Below are positions 38,438 to 48,607 of a stretch of DNA of 64,000 nucleotides, in pieces. The stretch is taken from IMG/VR virus record IMGVR_UViG_3300007169_000025, positions 32,001 to 96,000 of that record. One strand, given 5' to 3'. Made by a program: the position numbers and the translations under genes. Each line of letters starts with the position of its first letter. Position 1 is the stretch's first letter. Under the pieces are notes generated by a model. That model was given only the letters and a program-made list of their open reading frames with translations. It did no database searches and was not told the origin of the DNA. This stretch comes from a virus.

Positions 38438-40372
38438 ATGAAACTGTTTGAGTTTAATGGACCATCACCCTCCGCTGCACAACCTCAGCCTGCACCAACT
38501 GCTCCGGCGCAAGACCCAAAAGCAAAGGCTGGTGCCGCAGCAGTATCTCGTGCTTTAGGCGGAAAAGTTGATGCAAAGTTTGCTCAAGCAATTGATAAAG
38601 CTGAACAGGGTAAAGCATTAAATCCAGCATTACTAAAATCCATAGCACCATTTGCTGGTGCGCTTGAAAAGATTTTCGCTGATCCTGCTATGAGAACAAA
38701 GTTCTTAGCAATGGTAAAATCAGTACAAGCTGAAGAAAGTATTAATGAAGATCAAGACAGCGTTGATGCAGTTGCAGGTGCAATTACTCGTCGCATTATG
38801 AGCCAGCATGTTGACCTACTCAGCAAGTATGGTCCAGTTAAAGTTATGGCAGCTATCGACAACGTAGCAGACTTTGCAGGCAGCGATGGCTTAGACGAAA
38901 TCGGTTCAAGTGATGTAAGCATCTGGACCAAGCAAGTAATTCAAGATTTAGAAAGTGGTCACTTTGATCACATGGAAAGTGTACAAGAAGCAGAAGGCGA
39001 TAAGCCTTATATCTGCTTGTATGTTAAAAAAGATAAAGTATTACGACACGAATGCTATGCACCAACATCATACGAAGCAGCTAAAAAAGCAGCACAGCAC
39101 TGGGGACTAAAAAGCACAGCAGGTGTTAGTGCTCACTTAGCAGATGATTCAGATGATGTAAAAGAAGACGAGCAGTTAGACGAGTTTCTACCGGCACTGG
39201 GCGCAGCCGTTGGCCGTGCAGCCGTCGGCGCAGAAGCAGGCGCAGTCACTCGAGGCATTGCGGGAGGCATTGGCCGCGCAGTAGGAACTATGGCATCCGA
39301 TGCGCTTGATGATAATGATGAAGATCCAACTGATGCTGATAGCAAAGGTGATGAAGTTGACACAGTAACATTAGACGTTCCGTTATTACTTCGTATAATG
39401 GAATATGCTCGTGAAGATGCACAAGAAGACATGGATCTGCACGGTGTAGCAGAGCGTATGATCGCAATGGCAAAAGATGGCCCATTAAGTATGGACGACT
39501 ACGATAGTATCGTAGGTGATGTAGAAGCACTTCCAGCACCAGATAGCATTAAAGAAGAGTATGGTATGTGGAAGGTAGAGTTTCCTGCACAGCACGCCGG
39601 TAAAAAAATTGAAGCCGGTTCAGTTCATGTAAAAGCACAAAACACCGCTCACGCACATAAAGTTGCTGCCAAGAGAGTTGGTGTTGACCACAAGGTATTC
39701 AAGACGAATGTAACTAAGTCCTCAATCCTTCCAGAAGATCAGTTAGATGAGTTATCACCTCAAACACTAGGTAGTTATATTTCAAAGTCTGTTGCAGACG
39801 AAAAAGAACGTCGTGCTAAAGGCATTAGAATGCGCGATGAACTAAGAGCAGCTACTGGCAAGATGTTTACAGCGCCAATGGATCGTAAACTACACAGTCC
39901 AACCGCTAGCCGTAAAGCAGGCCAAAAGCGTGCCATTGATAAACTAACAGGCGCATCAAAAGTACCTGCTAAAGAAAGTTATTATACACCCGGACCAGAA
40001 ACAATGCCTGGTGCAGTAGGACCACAAGAAAATACTACTATTAGTTTTAATCAAAGCAAGACTGTGGGTGATGCTACATTAAATATCAGTGCGTCAGCTA
40101 AGGACATGGAAGAACTACATCGTATTCTAAAGCTAGCAGGTATTGATTATAATGCAGCAGGCGAGAAAGAAGAGCCAAACATGAAAGATGTAGCAGTGGC
40201 TCTTGCACCACATATGCCAGAAGAACCAGCAGAAGAGCCATGTGGTTGCGATAATGCTGATGTTGCTATCCCAATGGTAGCCGGTCCAAAGCCATTAGAC
40301 TACAAATATACTACTGACAAAACAGCATTAATCAATGCTATTAAAGATAAACTAGCAAAGCGTTTATCATAA
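38438..40372 (+). CDS. Putative internal head/prohead core polyprotein
   Basis: Acidic, modular 644-aa protein punctuated by [ILV]-x-E sites (INE, VQE, VKE, LDE, IKE, LDE) and containing an ILKLAGI motif. Confidence 0.5.
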   Translation: MKLFEFNGPSPSAAQPQPAPTAPAQDPKAKAGAAAVSRALGGKVDAKFAQAIDKAEQGKALNPALLKSIAPFAGALEKIFADPAMRTKFLAMVKSVQAEESINEDQDSVDAVAGAITRRIMSQHVDLLSKYGPVKVMAAIDNVADFAGSDGLDEIGSSDVSIWTKQVIQDLESGHFDHMESVQEAEGDKPYICLYVKKDKVLRHECYAPTSYEAAKKAAQHWGLKSTAGVSAHLADDSDDVKEDEQLDEFLPALGAAVGRAAVGAEAGAVTRGIAGGIGRAVGTMASDALDDNDEDPTDADSKGDEVDTVTLDVPLLLRIMEYAREDAQEDMDLHGVAERMIAMAKDGPLSMDDYDSIVGDVEALPAPDSIKEEYGMWKVEFPAQHAGKKIEAGSVHVKAQNTAHAHKVAAKRVGVDHKVFKTNVTKSSILPEDQLDELSPQTLGSYISKSVADEKERRAKGIRMRDELRAATGKMFTAPMDRKLHSPTASRKAGQKRAIDKLTGASKVPAKESYYTPGPETMPGAVGPQENTTISFNQSKTVGDATLNISASAKDMEELHRILKLAGIDYNAAGEKEEPNMKDVAVALAPHMPEEPAEEPCGCDNADVAIPMVAGPKPLDYKYTTDKTALINAIKDKLAKRLS

Positions 40373-40396
40373 TATCAGTAAAACTGTTTGTTTTAG

Positions 40397-41992
<1,596 letters not shown>

Positions 41993-42019
41993 TAAATAGT
42001 ATTAGAGGATAATACTATT

Positions 42020-43282
42020 ATGGCAATTGATACTAATGTGCTAGCGGAAAAAATCTTTAATATTTTAAAGGGTTTTGGATACGCTGTAAAAAATTATGAT
42101 AAGGAAGGAAAGCTGGTTGTAAATCCACAAGAAGCAACTAGATTTTCTGTATCTGATCCTAATCTTTTAGTACGTCTAGATCTCAATTACGATCTTATTA
42201 GTCTAGCAACCAGTGAAGATTTAAGCGAACACCCTATTAGAAAAATGCTTCAGAAGCTTGCAAGAAGTAACCCACCGTTTACTTTTGATTATAAAGTGTT
42301 TGACAAGAAGATCAAGCCAAAGGGTGAACAAATCAATATTGCACAAAATTCGGAGAAAGACATGGCAGACGTTATGGAAGGATTTGGTGTGATGACAGGG
42401 TCAACAAAAACCAGTTATCAACCCCTAGACAACATTAAAATTGTTGTTCGTCATAAGAAGGCTGTTAATGAAGAAGTTCGCGGCTCTCGCAGTCGTAACA
42501 TTCACAGCATTTATATTCAGCGCGGCGAAGAGCGTTTCAGAATGCAGGAGAACAGTTTAAAGGCTGCTCGTGCAATGGCTCGCCACTTATATGCCGGCGG
42601 CGAAATGCATGATACTGTAGGCGAATCAATTACTCAACTAGCAGCAGAATATCGTAAACTTCAAGAATTTGTGCGTTATGTTCGCAAAGCAAATTTAGTA
42701 AATGAATCAAATGAAGAATATGTAACACTAGCATTAGAACAAATTAACAGCATTAGAAATACTTTTGAAAAACTCAGTGGTGTTAAGACATATGCTAATG
42801 CTGTAGAAAGTTTAGATGATTATCAGAATCTAAGTATTATTGAAGAAGATACAACTGAAATTGAACAAAAGTTCGTTGAAACACATTTTGATAATCGTGT
42901 TTCAGATGCTATGAACGGCATCAAGCGAGCAATGGCAAAACAACAAGCATATGAGAGTAGAATTAGAAGTGCAATTCAGGAAGAAACTTTTGAGGGATTA
43001 AAAGAATCATTACGTGAAAGTGATGTGATTGATTTTGAATCACCACATGCACGATTAGGGCATCAAGTAGCACAACTAGGATACGCTGCTCAAAATCCAG
43101 TACTAAGCAATCATCTTCATGGCATTAGTAAAAAATTAAATGCAGGCGGCACACTCAATCAATTTGAGTATGGTACAGTTAAGAGCTGTTTACTCAGTGC
43201 TTCCGAAGCTAAAACAAAAACAATACCGGGCATATCAGAATCGGAACAATACGAAAAATATTTAGAAACATTCGTAATTTAA
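42020..43282 (+). CDS. Conserved hypothetical late protein (possible head/core protein)
   Basis: Late promoter at 41991; many [ILV]-x-E sites; GERF..ARAMARH motif. Confidence 0.55.
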   Translation: MAIDTNVLAEKIFNILKGFGYAVKNYDKEGKLVVNPQEATRFSVSDPNLLVRLDLNYDLISLATSEDLSEHPIRKMLQKLARSNPPFTFDYKVFDKKIKPKGEQINIAQNSEKDMADVMEGFGVMTGSTKTSYQPLDNIKIVVRHKKAVNEEVRGSRSRNIHSIYIQRGEERFRMQENSLKAARAMARHLYAGGEMHDTVGESITQLAAEYRKLQEFVRYVRKANLVNESNEEYVTLALEQINSIRNTFEKLSGVKTYANAVESLDDYQNLSIIEEDTTEIEQKFVETHFDNRVSDAMNGIKRAMAKQQAYESRIRSAIQEETFEGLKESLRESDVIDFESPHARLGHQVAQLGYAAQNPVLSNHLHGISKKLNAGGTLNQFEYGTVKSCLLSASEAKTKTIPGISESEQYEKYLETFVI

Positions 43283-43307
43283 TCAGAAAGTAGCGTATCT
43301 TTTCTTG

Positions 43308-43341
43308 GTCCTGCATAACTAACATTATGCAGGACTTTTTT
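43308..43341 (+). terminator. Rho-independent terminator
   Basis: gtcctgcataa-ctaaca-ttatgcaggac-tttttt. Confidence 0.85.
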
Positions 43342-43374
43342 ATGGTTTGGCATAAATAAAATTGTAGAAAGTCA

Positions 43375-43403
43375 TTGACTTTATTACAACATGGCAATAT
43401 ACT
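43375..43403 (+). promoter_or_regulatory. Sigma70-type promoter for the ssb-uvsX-uvsY operon
   Basis: TTGACT-17 nt-TATACT. Confidence 0.75.
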
Positions 43404-43471
43404 AAGGCATAGTAGCATATCGATGATATGTTACAAAACAAGGCAACAAGGCAACTTAAGGAGAAAACATT

Positions 43472-44488
43472 ATGGCCTCATTAGCTGATATCCGTGCAAA
43501 ACTTGCACAAATGGAAAATAAGCCCGGTTCTAAAGATTCAAACAAGACCGCAGGCGACAACGCAATTTACCCGTTTTGGAACATTGAAGAAGGACAGAGT
43601 GCAACGCTCCGTTTCCTCCCAGACGGTGATCCTAATAACACATTCTTTTGGGTAGAGCGACAGATGATTCGCTTGACCTTCCCGGGTGTTGTTGGTGGCG
43701 AAAATAAGCCTGTAACTGTACAGGTACCATGCGGTGAAATGTATGGTGATAACTGCCCAATTCTAACTGAAGTTCGTCCATGGTTTAAGGATCCTTCACT
43801 TGAAGAAATGGGTCGTAAGTATTGGAAGAAGAAGTCATATATCTTCCAGGGCTTTGTAGCAGAGAATCCGCTAAATGAGGAATCTCCAGAAAATCCAATT
43901 CGTCGTTTCGTAATTGGTCCTCAAATTTTCAATATCATTAAGGGTGCGCTTATGGACCCTGATATGGAAAATATCCCAACTGACTATGTCAATGGTACAG
44001 ACTTCCGTCTTTCAAAGACAACTAAGGGTCAGTATGCAGACTATAGCACTTCTAAGTGGGCTCGTAAGGAGCGTAGTTTAGATGAAACAGAACTTGCTGC
44101 AATCGATGAGCATGGGCTGTATGATCTAAAGGATTTCCTACCAGCTCGTCCAACTGCTGAACACTATAAGGCAATTGCTGAAATGTTTGAAGCAAGTGTT
44201 AATGGTGAACTATATGATGCTGCTCGTTGGGGTAATTACTACAAGCCATATGGTGTTGAAGTTCCGGCTGGTGCCTCAAGTCCAACAACTCAAAAGGCTA
44301 GTGCTCCAGTAGCACCTAAGGCTGCTCCAGCAGCGCCTGTTGATGACAGTGACGACGATGAAGCACCATTTGATACAACCCCAGCAAAGGTAACGCCTCC
44401 TGCAACTCCTGCTCCAGCAGCGAGCGACGGTGCAAAGAAGTCAGCTGATGACATCCTTGCAATGATTCGTAATCGTAAGCAAGCCTAA
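43472..44488 (+). CDS. Single-stranded DNA-binding protein (gp32-like)
   Basis: LRFLP, CPI, G.DF...K and YSTSKW motifs; acidic, Pro-rich tail. Confidence 0.88.
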   Translation: MASLADIRAKLAQMENKPGSKDSNKTAGDNAIYPFWNIEEGQSATLRFLPDGDPNNTFFWVERQMIRLTFPGVVGGENKPVTVQVPCGEMYGDNCPILTEVRPWFKDPSLEEMGRKYWKKKSYIFQGFVAENPLNEESPENPIRRFVIGPQIFNIIKGALMDPDMENIPTDYVNGTDFRLSKTTKGQYADYSTSKWARKERSLDETELAAIDEHGLYDLKDFLPARPTAEHYKAIAEMFEASVNGELYDAARWGNYYKPYGVEVPAGASSPTTQKASAPVAPKAAPAAPVDDSDDDEAPFDTTPAKVTPPATPAPAASDGAKKSADDILAMIRNRKQA

Positions 44489-44501
44489 TTAGGAGCAGTA
44501 T

Positions 44502-45608
44502 ATGCAGAAACCTTTTGATCTGACCAAGTTTCGTACTGGTCTAACTAAAAACATTACAGGTATTAGTGCAGGCTTCCACGATCCAGTGGATTGGGTCAGC
44601 ACTGGCAACCTTACTCTAAACTATCTTATCAGCGGAGACTTTAACAAGGGTATTCCATTAGGTAAGGTATGCGTGTTTGCAGGCGAATCGGGCTCCGGTA
44701 AGAGTTTTATTTGCTCCGGCAATATTGTGAAGAACGCCCAAAAGATGGGTTGTCAAGTTGTTCTTTTTGACTCCGAGAACGCACTTGACGAAGAATGGTT
44801 GAAGGCACTAGATGTTGATACTAGTCCCGAAAAACTATTGCGTATTTCAGTTAGCATGATTGACGATGTAGCCAAAGCCATCTCAGACTTTATGAAAGAC
44901 TACAAAGCCAATTATGGTGCGCTGAAGTATGAGGAAATGCCAAAGTTATTGTTTGTAATCGACAGCCTCGGCATGTTGCTTACACCAACTGACGTTGATC
45001 AGTTCCAGAAGGGTGATATGAAGGGCGATATGGGTAGAAAGCCTAAAGCTCTTACTGCCCTGGTTCGCAATACTGTAAACATGATTGCGCCTTTCCCAAT
45101 TGGGCTAGTTGCAACAAATCACACTTATGCGTCACAGGACATGTTTGATCCGGACGATAAGATCAGTGGTGGTCAGGGCTTCGTTTATGCGTCCTCAATT
45201 GTTGTTGCTATGCGTAAGCTCAAGCTCAAGGAAGATGAGGACGGTAACAAGATTTCTGAAGTGCGCGGTATTCGTAGTGCATGTAAGGTAATGAAATCAC
45301 GTTATGCTAAACCTTTTGAAAGCGTTCAGATTAAGATTCCTTATGAATCAGGCATGAATCCATATAGTGGCCTATTGGACCTGTTTGAAGCAAAGGGCAT
45401 CTTGGCCAAGGAAGGTAACAAACTTGCATACACTTCTCCAGTGACTGGCGAAGTTATCAAGGAGTTCAGAAAAGGCTGGACAGATGATAAACTACAGGTA
45501 ATTATTGACGAGTGGGGTCAAAATCCAATCGCTAGTGCTACATCTGTAGTTGATGCTGATCCTGCTGACTTTGAACCAACAACTGAGGAGTATGCAGATG
45601 AGTCCTGA
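44502..45608 (+). CDS. uvsX: RecA-like recombinase UvsX
   Basis: AGESGSGKS, DSENAL, IDSLG, NHTY and SGG motifs. Confidence 0.93.
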   Translation: MQKPFDLTKFRTGLTKNITGISAGFHDPVDWVSTGNLTLNYLISGDFNKGIPLGKVCVFAGESGSGKSFICSGNIVKNAQKMGCQVVLFDSENALDEEWLKALDVDTSPEKLLRISVSMIDDVAKAISDFMKDYKANYGALKYEEMPKLLFVIDSLGMLLTPTDVDQFQKGDMKGDMGRKPKALTALVRNTVNMIAPFPIGLVATNHTYASQDMFDPDDKISGGQGFVYASSIVVAMRKLKLKEDEDGNKISEVRGIRSACKVMKSRYAKPFESVQIKIPYESGMNPYSGLLDLFEAKGILAKEGNKLAYTSPVTGEVIKEFRKGWTDDKLQVIIDEWGQNPIASATSVVDADPADFEPTTEEYADES

Positions 45609-45834
45609 AGTAGTACTTCTAGGAGAAGTTTGGGATTCAGTTAAATCTTTTATCCCAAGGAAAGAACGACTACAGGCTGCTGAAACACTAGTTAGACTCT
45701 TTGATGACAATGTTGACATCAGCGATGTTGAATCTTTTGTCAATGAGTATGATAGTGTTCTAAAAACAGCAGTAGTAAGTCATTTTGATCTTTTGTTAGA
45801 AGAAGATGAAGATGAAGATGACTGGGAATGTTAA
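45598..45834 (+). CDS. Small acidic hypothetical protein
   Basis: GAGGAG Shine-Dalgarno 7 nt before ATG 45598; overlaps the uvsX stop. Confidence 0.7.
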   Translation: MSPEVVLLGEVWDSVKSFIPRKERLQAAETLVRLFDDNVDISDVESFVNEYDSVLKTAVVSHFDLLLEEDEDEDDWEC

Positions 45835-45837
45835 CGC

Positions 45838-46299
45838 ATGAGCACCTGGTATAATAAGATCGTAGAAGATCTTAGTGTTATTGTTGATTGCATTGAGTAC
45901 TTCGAAAACGAGCTTGACGAAGCCAGGTACGAGTGTGGGATCAAGGGCAGTCTGGAAAAAGCCAGTGCTGCCCTCCCAGGCATAACTGAAAAGCGATTTA
46001 ATCAACTTCAAGAAATTGAAGCAATTTTAGAACATTTAAATATTGAATTACGCAAAGAGCGTAGTAAGGTATTTAGAAAATATCTAGAAAGTTATAATCG
46101 TCAGTTAAGCAGCAGAGATGCTGAAAAGTTTGTGGACGGTGAGGAGAGTGTAATAACTCTCACTCACCTGACCAACCAGTTCAGTTTATTGCGTAATAAG
46201 TTTTTAGGAATTATGAAAGGCTTGGATACCAAGCAGTGGCAGATTGGTCATATTACTAGATTGCGTACAGCAGGTATGGAAGATATTGTAATTGGCTAA
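45838..46299 (+). CDS. uvsY: Recombination mediator UvsY-like
   Basis: Helical protein with YLE.Y..L...DAEK.VDGE and KQWQI..I..LR.AG; lies after uvsX. Confidence 0.8.
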   Translation: MSTWYNKIVEDLSVIVDCIEYFENELDEARYECGIKGSLEKASAALPGITEKRFNQLQEIEAILEHLNIELRKERSKVFRKYLESYNRQLSSRDAEKFVDGEESVITLTHLTNQFSLLRNKFLGIMKGLDTKQWQIGHITRLRTAGMEDIVIG

Positions 46300-46319
46300 A
46301 TATTGTTAGGAGAATACAC

Positions 46320-46565
46320 ATGCCACACTTTAAAAAGAAGCCGGTAGTCATTGAAGCTGTTCAGTTTACTGGTACCCTTGACAATTTTGTTGAACTAGCT
46401 GCTTTTATGGGTAGCGAAACATTTATCAATGATGGAAAGATTGAGATTGATACTCTCGAGGGTGTAATGACAGCATCTAAGGGTGATTGGATTATTAAAG
46501 GTGTGCAAGGCGAGTTCTATCCTTGCAAGCCAGATATTTTTGAACAAACTTATGACCCTGTATAA
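46320..46565 (+). CDS. Conserved small phage protein (KKPVVIEA / TLEG / GDWII family)
   Basis: FKKKPVVIEAVQF..TLEG.M.AS.GDWIIKGVQGEFYPCKPDIFEQTY. Confidence 0.8.
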   Translation: MPHFKKKPVVIEAVQFTGTLDNFVELAAFMGSETFINDGKIEIDTLEGVMTASKGDWIIKGVQGEFYPCKPDIFEQTYDPV

Positions 46566-46581
46566 GACAGAGGAGAATAAT

Positions 46582-46908
46582 ATGAAAAAGATTATTTCAT
46601 TAGTTGCTATTTCAATGCTACTTGCAACACCGGCGGTTGCTGGTCCTAGACATCATGATTATTATAGATCACATAATCATCATAATCACAAAGGCAGTGG
46701 CAAATGGGTAGCACCCTTAATTGGTGGTGTTGTACTTGGTGCAATTATTGCCGATGCAAATGCAAAACAGAAAGAGCGTGAAAATACTCGCAGAGTTATT
46801 GTAGTTAGAGAACCACAACAGCGTTGCGAAGAAGTTACTATTGTTGTTCAGAATCGCTGGGGTGATGTACTAGAGCGTCGAACAGAGTATCGCTGTACTG
46901 AATACTAA
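46582..46908 (+). CDS. Secreted His-rich glycine-zipper-like protein
   Basis: Signal peptide (AVA), His-rich segment, LIGGVVLGAII and a Cys pair; AGGAG Shine-Dalgarno. Confidence 0.65.
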   Translation: MKKIISLVAISMLLATPAVAGPRHHDYYRSHNHHNHKGSGKWVAPLIGGVVLGAIIADANAKQKERENTRRVIVVREPQQRCEEVTIVVQNRWGDVLERRTEYRCTEY

Positions 46909-46939
46909 GGTTGACAAGTTCCTAATTGGGTGCTAGTAT
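46909..46939 (+). promoter_or_regulatory. Early promoter cassette 1
   Basis: GGTTGACA-17 nt-TAGTAT with a TG extension. Confidence 0.7.
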
Positions 46940-46964
46940 CTAGTATACTTTAAGGACTTGTGCT

Positions 46965-47108
46965 ATGGCTAAAAAACCTAAAAAACCCAAGGTTTCTAAA
47001 CGTAATCCTGTGGCAAAAAACGCACATGTTTTTAACAGGGCTAAGGTATTTAAAGACCGCAAAAAAGAAGCTAAAAATAACAATTATGATGATGACGTAA
47101 GTCATTGA
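46965..47108 (+). CDS. Small basic protein (47 aa, not in ORF track)
   Basis: MAKKPKKPKVSKRNPVAKNAHVFNRAKVFKDRKKEAK...; AAGGA Shine-Dalgarno; own promoter and terminator. Confidence 0.75.
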   Translation: MAKKPKKPKVSKRNPVAKNAHVFNRAKVFKDRKKEAKNNNYDDDVSH

Positions 47109-47117
47109 TTTTAATAG

Positions 47118-47149
47118 GCCTGCTAAGTCATTGATTTAGCAGGCTTTTT
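47118..47149 (+). terminator. Terminator hairpin containing an IHF-consensus site
   Basis: gcctgctaa-gtcattgat-ttagcaggc-ttttt. Confidence 0.75.
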
Positions 47150-47164
47150 AATCAGCTAAAAAAA

Positions 47165-47194
47165 GGTTGACACTCTCCCTAAAGATGTTATTAT
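47165..47194 (+). promoter_or_regulatory. Early promoter cassette 2
   Basis: GGTTGACA..CCTAAAGATGT-TATTAT. Confidence 0.72.
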
Positions 47195-47219
47195 GTATAT
47201 GTAGGGTAAGGAATAAGCA

Positions 47220-47378
47220 ATGTTTTCAGCAGTATTAATTCTCGGTGGGGCCTGGGTAGTGTTGAGCAATTTGCTTGACATTCTTGCTGGGCTTACGGGT
47301 TTTAAGGGGCTTGATGCATTCTTGGGCTATTGGGGCGCAATACTTGCCCTTATTGTTATGCTAAAAATTCTTGCCTAA
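47220..47378 (+). CDS. Small two-TM membrane protein (52 aa, not in ORF track)
   Basis: MFSAVLILGGAWVVLSNLLDILAGLTGFKGLDAFLGYWGAILALIVMLKILA; AAGGA Shine-Dalgarno. Confidence 0.7.
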   Translation: MFSAVLILGGAWVVLSNLLDILAGLTGFKGLDAFLGYWGAILALIVMLKILA

Positions 47379-47381
47379 AAT

Positions 47382-47411
47382 GGTTGACAGCATCCTAAAA
47401 GATGCTATTAT
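47382..47411 (+). promoter_or_regulatory. Early promoter cassette 3
   Basis: GGTTGACA..CCTAAAAGATGC-TATTAT, near-identical to cassette 2. Confidence 0.75.
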
Positions 47412-47446
47412 TAATATGTAAGTTAAATGTTGTGGGAGACATTGAA

Positions 47447-48496
47447 ATGCAAAAGTTAGTTAAGATTAAGCAGGGCAGTTATCGTAATGCTCCAATTTAC
47501 GATACTGTTTTTCCGCTCGTTAAGCCTATGAAGGTAGGCAAGAAGGGCATGTTCGTTACTGTTGATGCTTCAAACATCTTCGGTGCAGATAAGGCAGCAA
47601 TCCGCGTGTTGATTGAAAATATTGAAGACGTTGAATACGTCGGCACTGACACTCCTGTGAGTGTTGCACCTGTGGTACCTGTTGCAGCATTGGTTACTAA
47701 GCCCGCTGCTCCTGTAGAGACCCCAGAAGAGGCTATGGATCGTATCCGTAAGCGTTTCGCAATTCTCGACCAAATGACTGACGCTGTTGCTAACGGTGTT
47801 GTGCGTGGTCTTATTGTTAGCGGCCCTCCGGGTGTTGGTAAGAGCTTTGGTGTTGAGCGTATTCTTGATGAGTACGAAGCGATGCATAAGCTCGCAGGCG
47901 GTAAGGATGCTCGTACTGAAATTGTTAAGGGTGCAATGACCCCAATTGGTTTGTTCCAGACGCTGTTTAATAACAGTCGAGAAGGTGACATCCTAGTGTT
48001 TGACGACTGTGACAGCATCTTGTTTGACGAAGTTTGCTTGAACATGCTTAAGGCTGTGCTTGACTCGGGCAAGAAGCGTACCATTACTTGGAAGGCAGAA
48101 TCCAACGCCCTGCGCCGCGAAGGTATTCCAGATCGTTTTGACTTCAAGGGCGGCTGTATCTTTATTACCAACGTTAACTTTGAGAATGTTCGTAGTAAGA
48201 AGATTCAAGATCACTTGCAGGCGCTGATGTCACGCTGTCACTACATTGACTTGGGTATGGATAGTGTGAGCGATCGCTTTCTGCGAATTAACCAGATCGT
48301 TAACGACGGCATGCTTGCTGAATACGATTTTGGTGATGAGGGTGAGCAGGAGGTCGTAGACTTTATGATCGAGAAGTCAAGTCTACTCCGGGAGATTAGT
48401 TTGCGTATGGTGCTCAAGGTAGCCGACCTTAAGAAGATGGCTCCTGAGAACTGGAAGGATCTTGCAGAGAGCACCTGTATGAAGCGGTTTGCCTAA
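47447..48496 (+). CDS. AAA+ family ATPase
   Basis: Walker A GPPGVGKS, Walker B LVFDDCD, sensor ITN and Arg finger ALMSR; GGAG Shine-Dalgarno before ATG 47447. Confidence 0.88.
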   Translation: MQKLVKIKQGSYRNAPIYDTVFPLVKPMKVGKKGMFVTVDASNIFGADKAAIRVLIENIEDVEYVGTDTPVSVAPVVPVAALVTKPAAPVETPEEAMDRIRKRFAILDQMTDAVANGVVRGLIVSGPPGVGKSFGVERILDEYEAMHKLAGGKDARTEIVKGAMTPIGLFQTLFNNSREGDILVFDDCDSILFDEVCLNMLKAVLDSGKKRTITWKAESNALRREGIPDRFDFKGGCIFITNVNFENVRSKKIQDHLQALMSRCHYIDLGMDSVSDRFLRINQIVNDGMLAEYDFGDEGEQEVVDFMIEKSSLLREISLRMVLKVADLKKMAPENWKDLAESTCMKRFA

Positions 48497-48521
48497 ACGT
48501 TATTCTCCCACAGCGTTAGGC

Positions 48522-48555
48522 ACTACCCCCCGAGGAAACTTGGGGGGTAGTTTTT
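48522..48555 (+). terminator. Rho-independent terminator
   Basis: actaccccccgag-gaaa-cttggggggtagt-tttt. Confidence 0.85.
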
Positions 48556-48607
48556 ATCTATTTTAAAGGCTTGACAAATTCATTGAACGAGTATAAATTA
48601 GTATAGT

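Noticed and set aside
47497-48474. 224-aa and other antisense ORFs over the AAA ATPase
   Set aside because: Explained by codon bias of the sense gene, which carries the Walker motifs.
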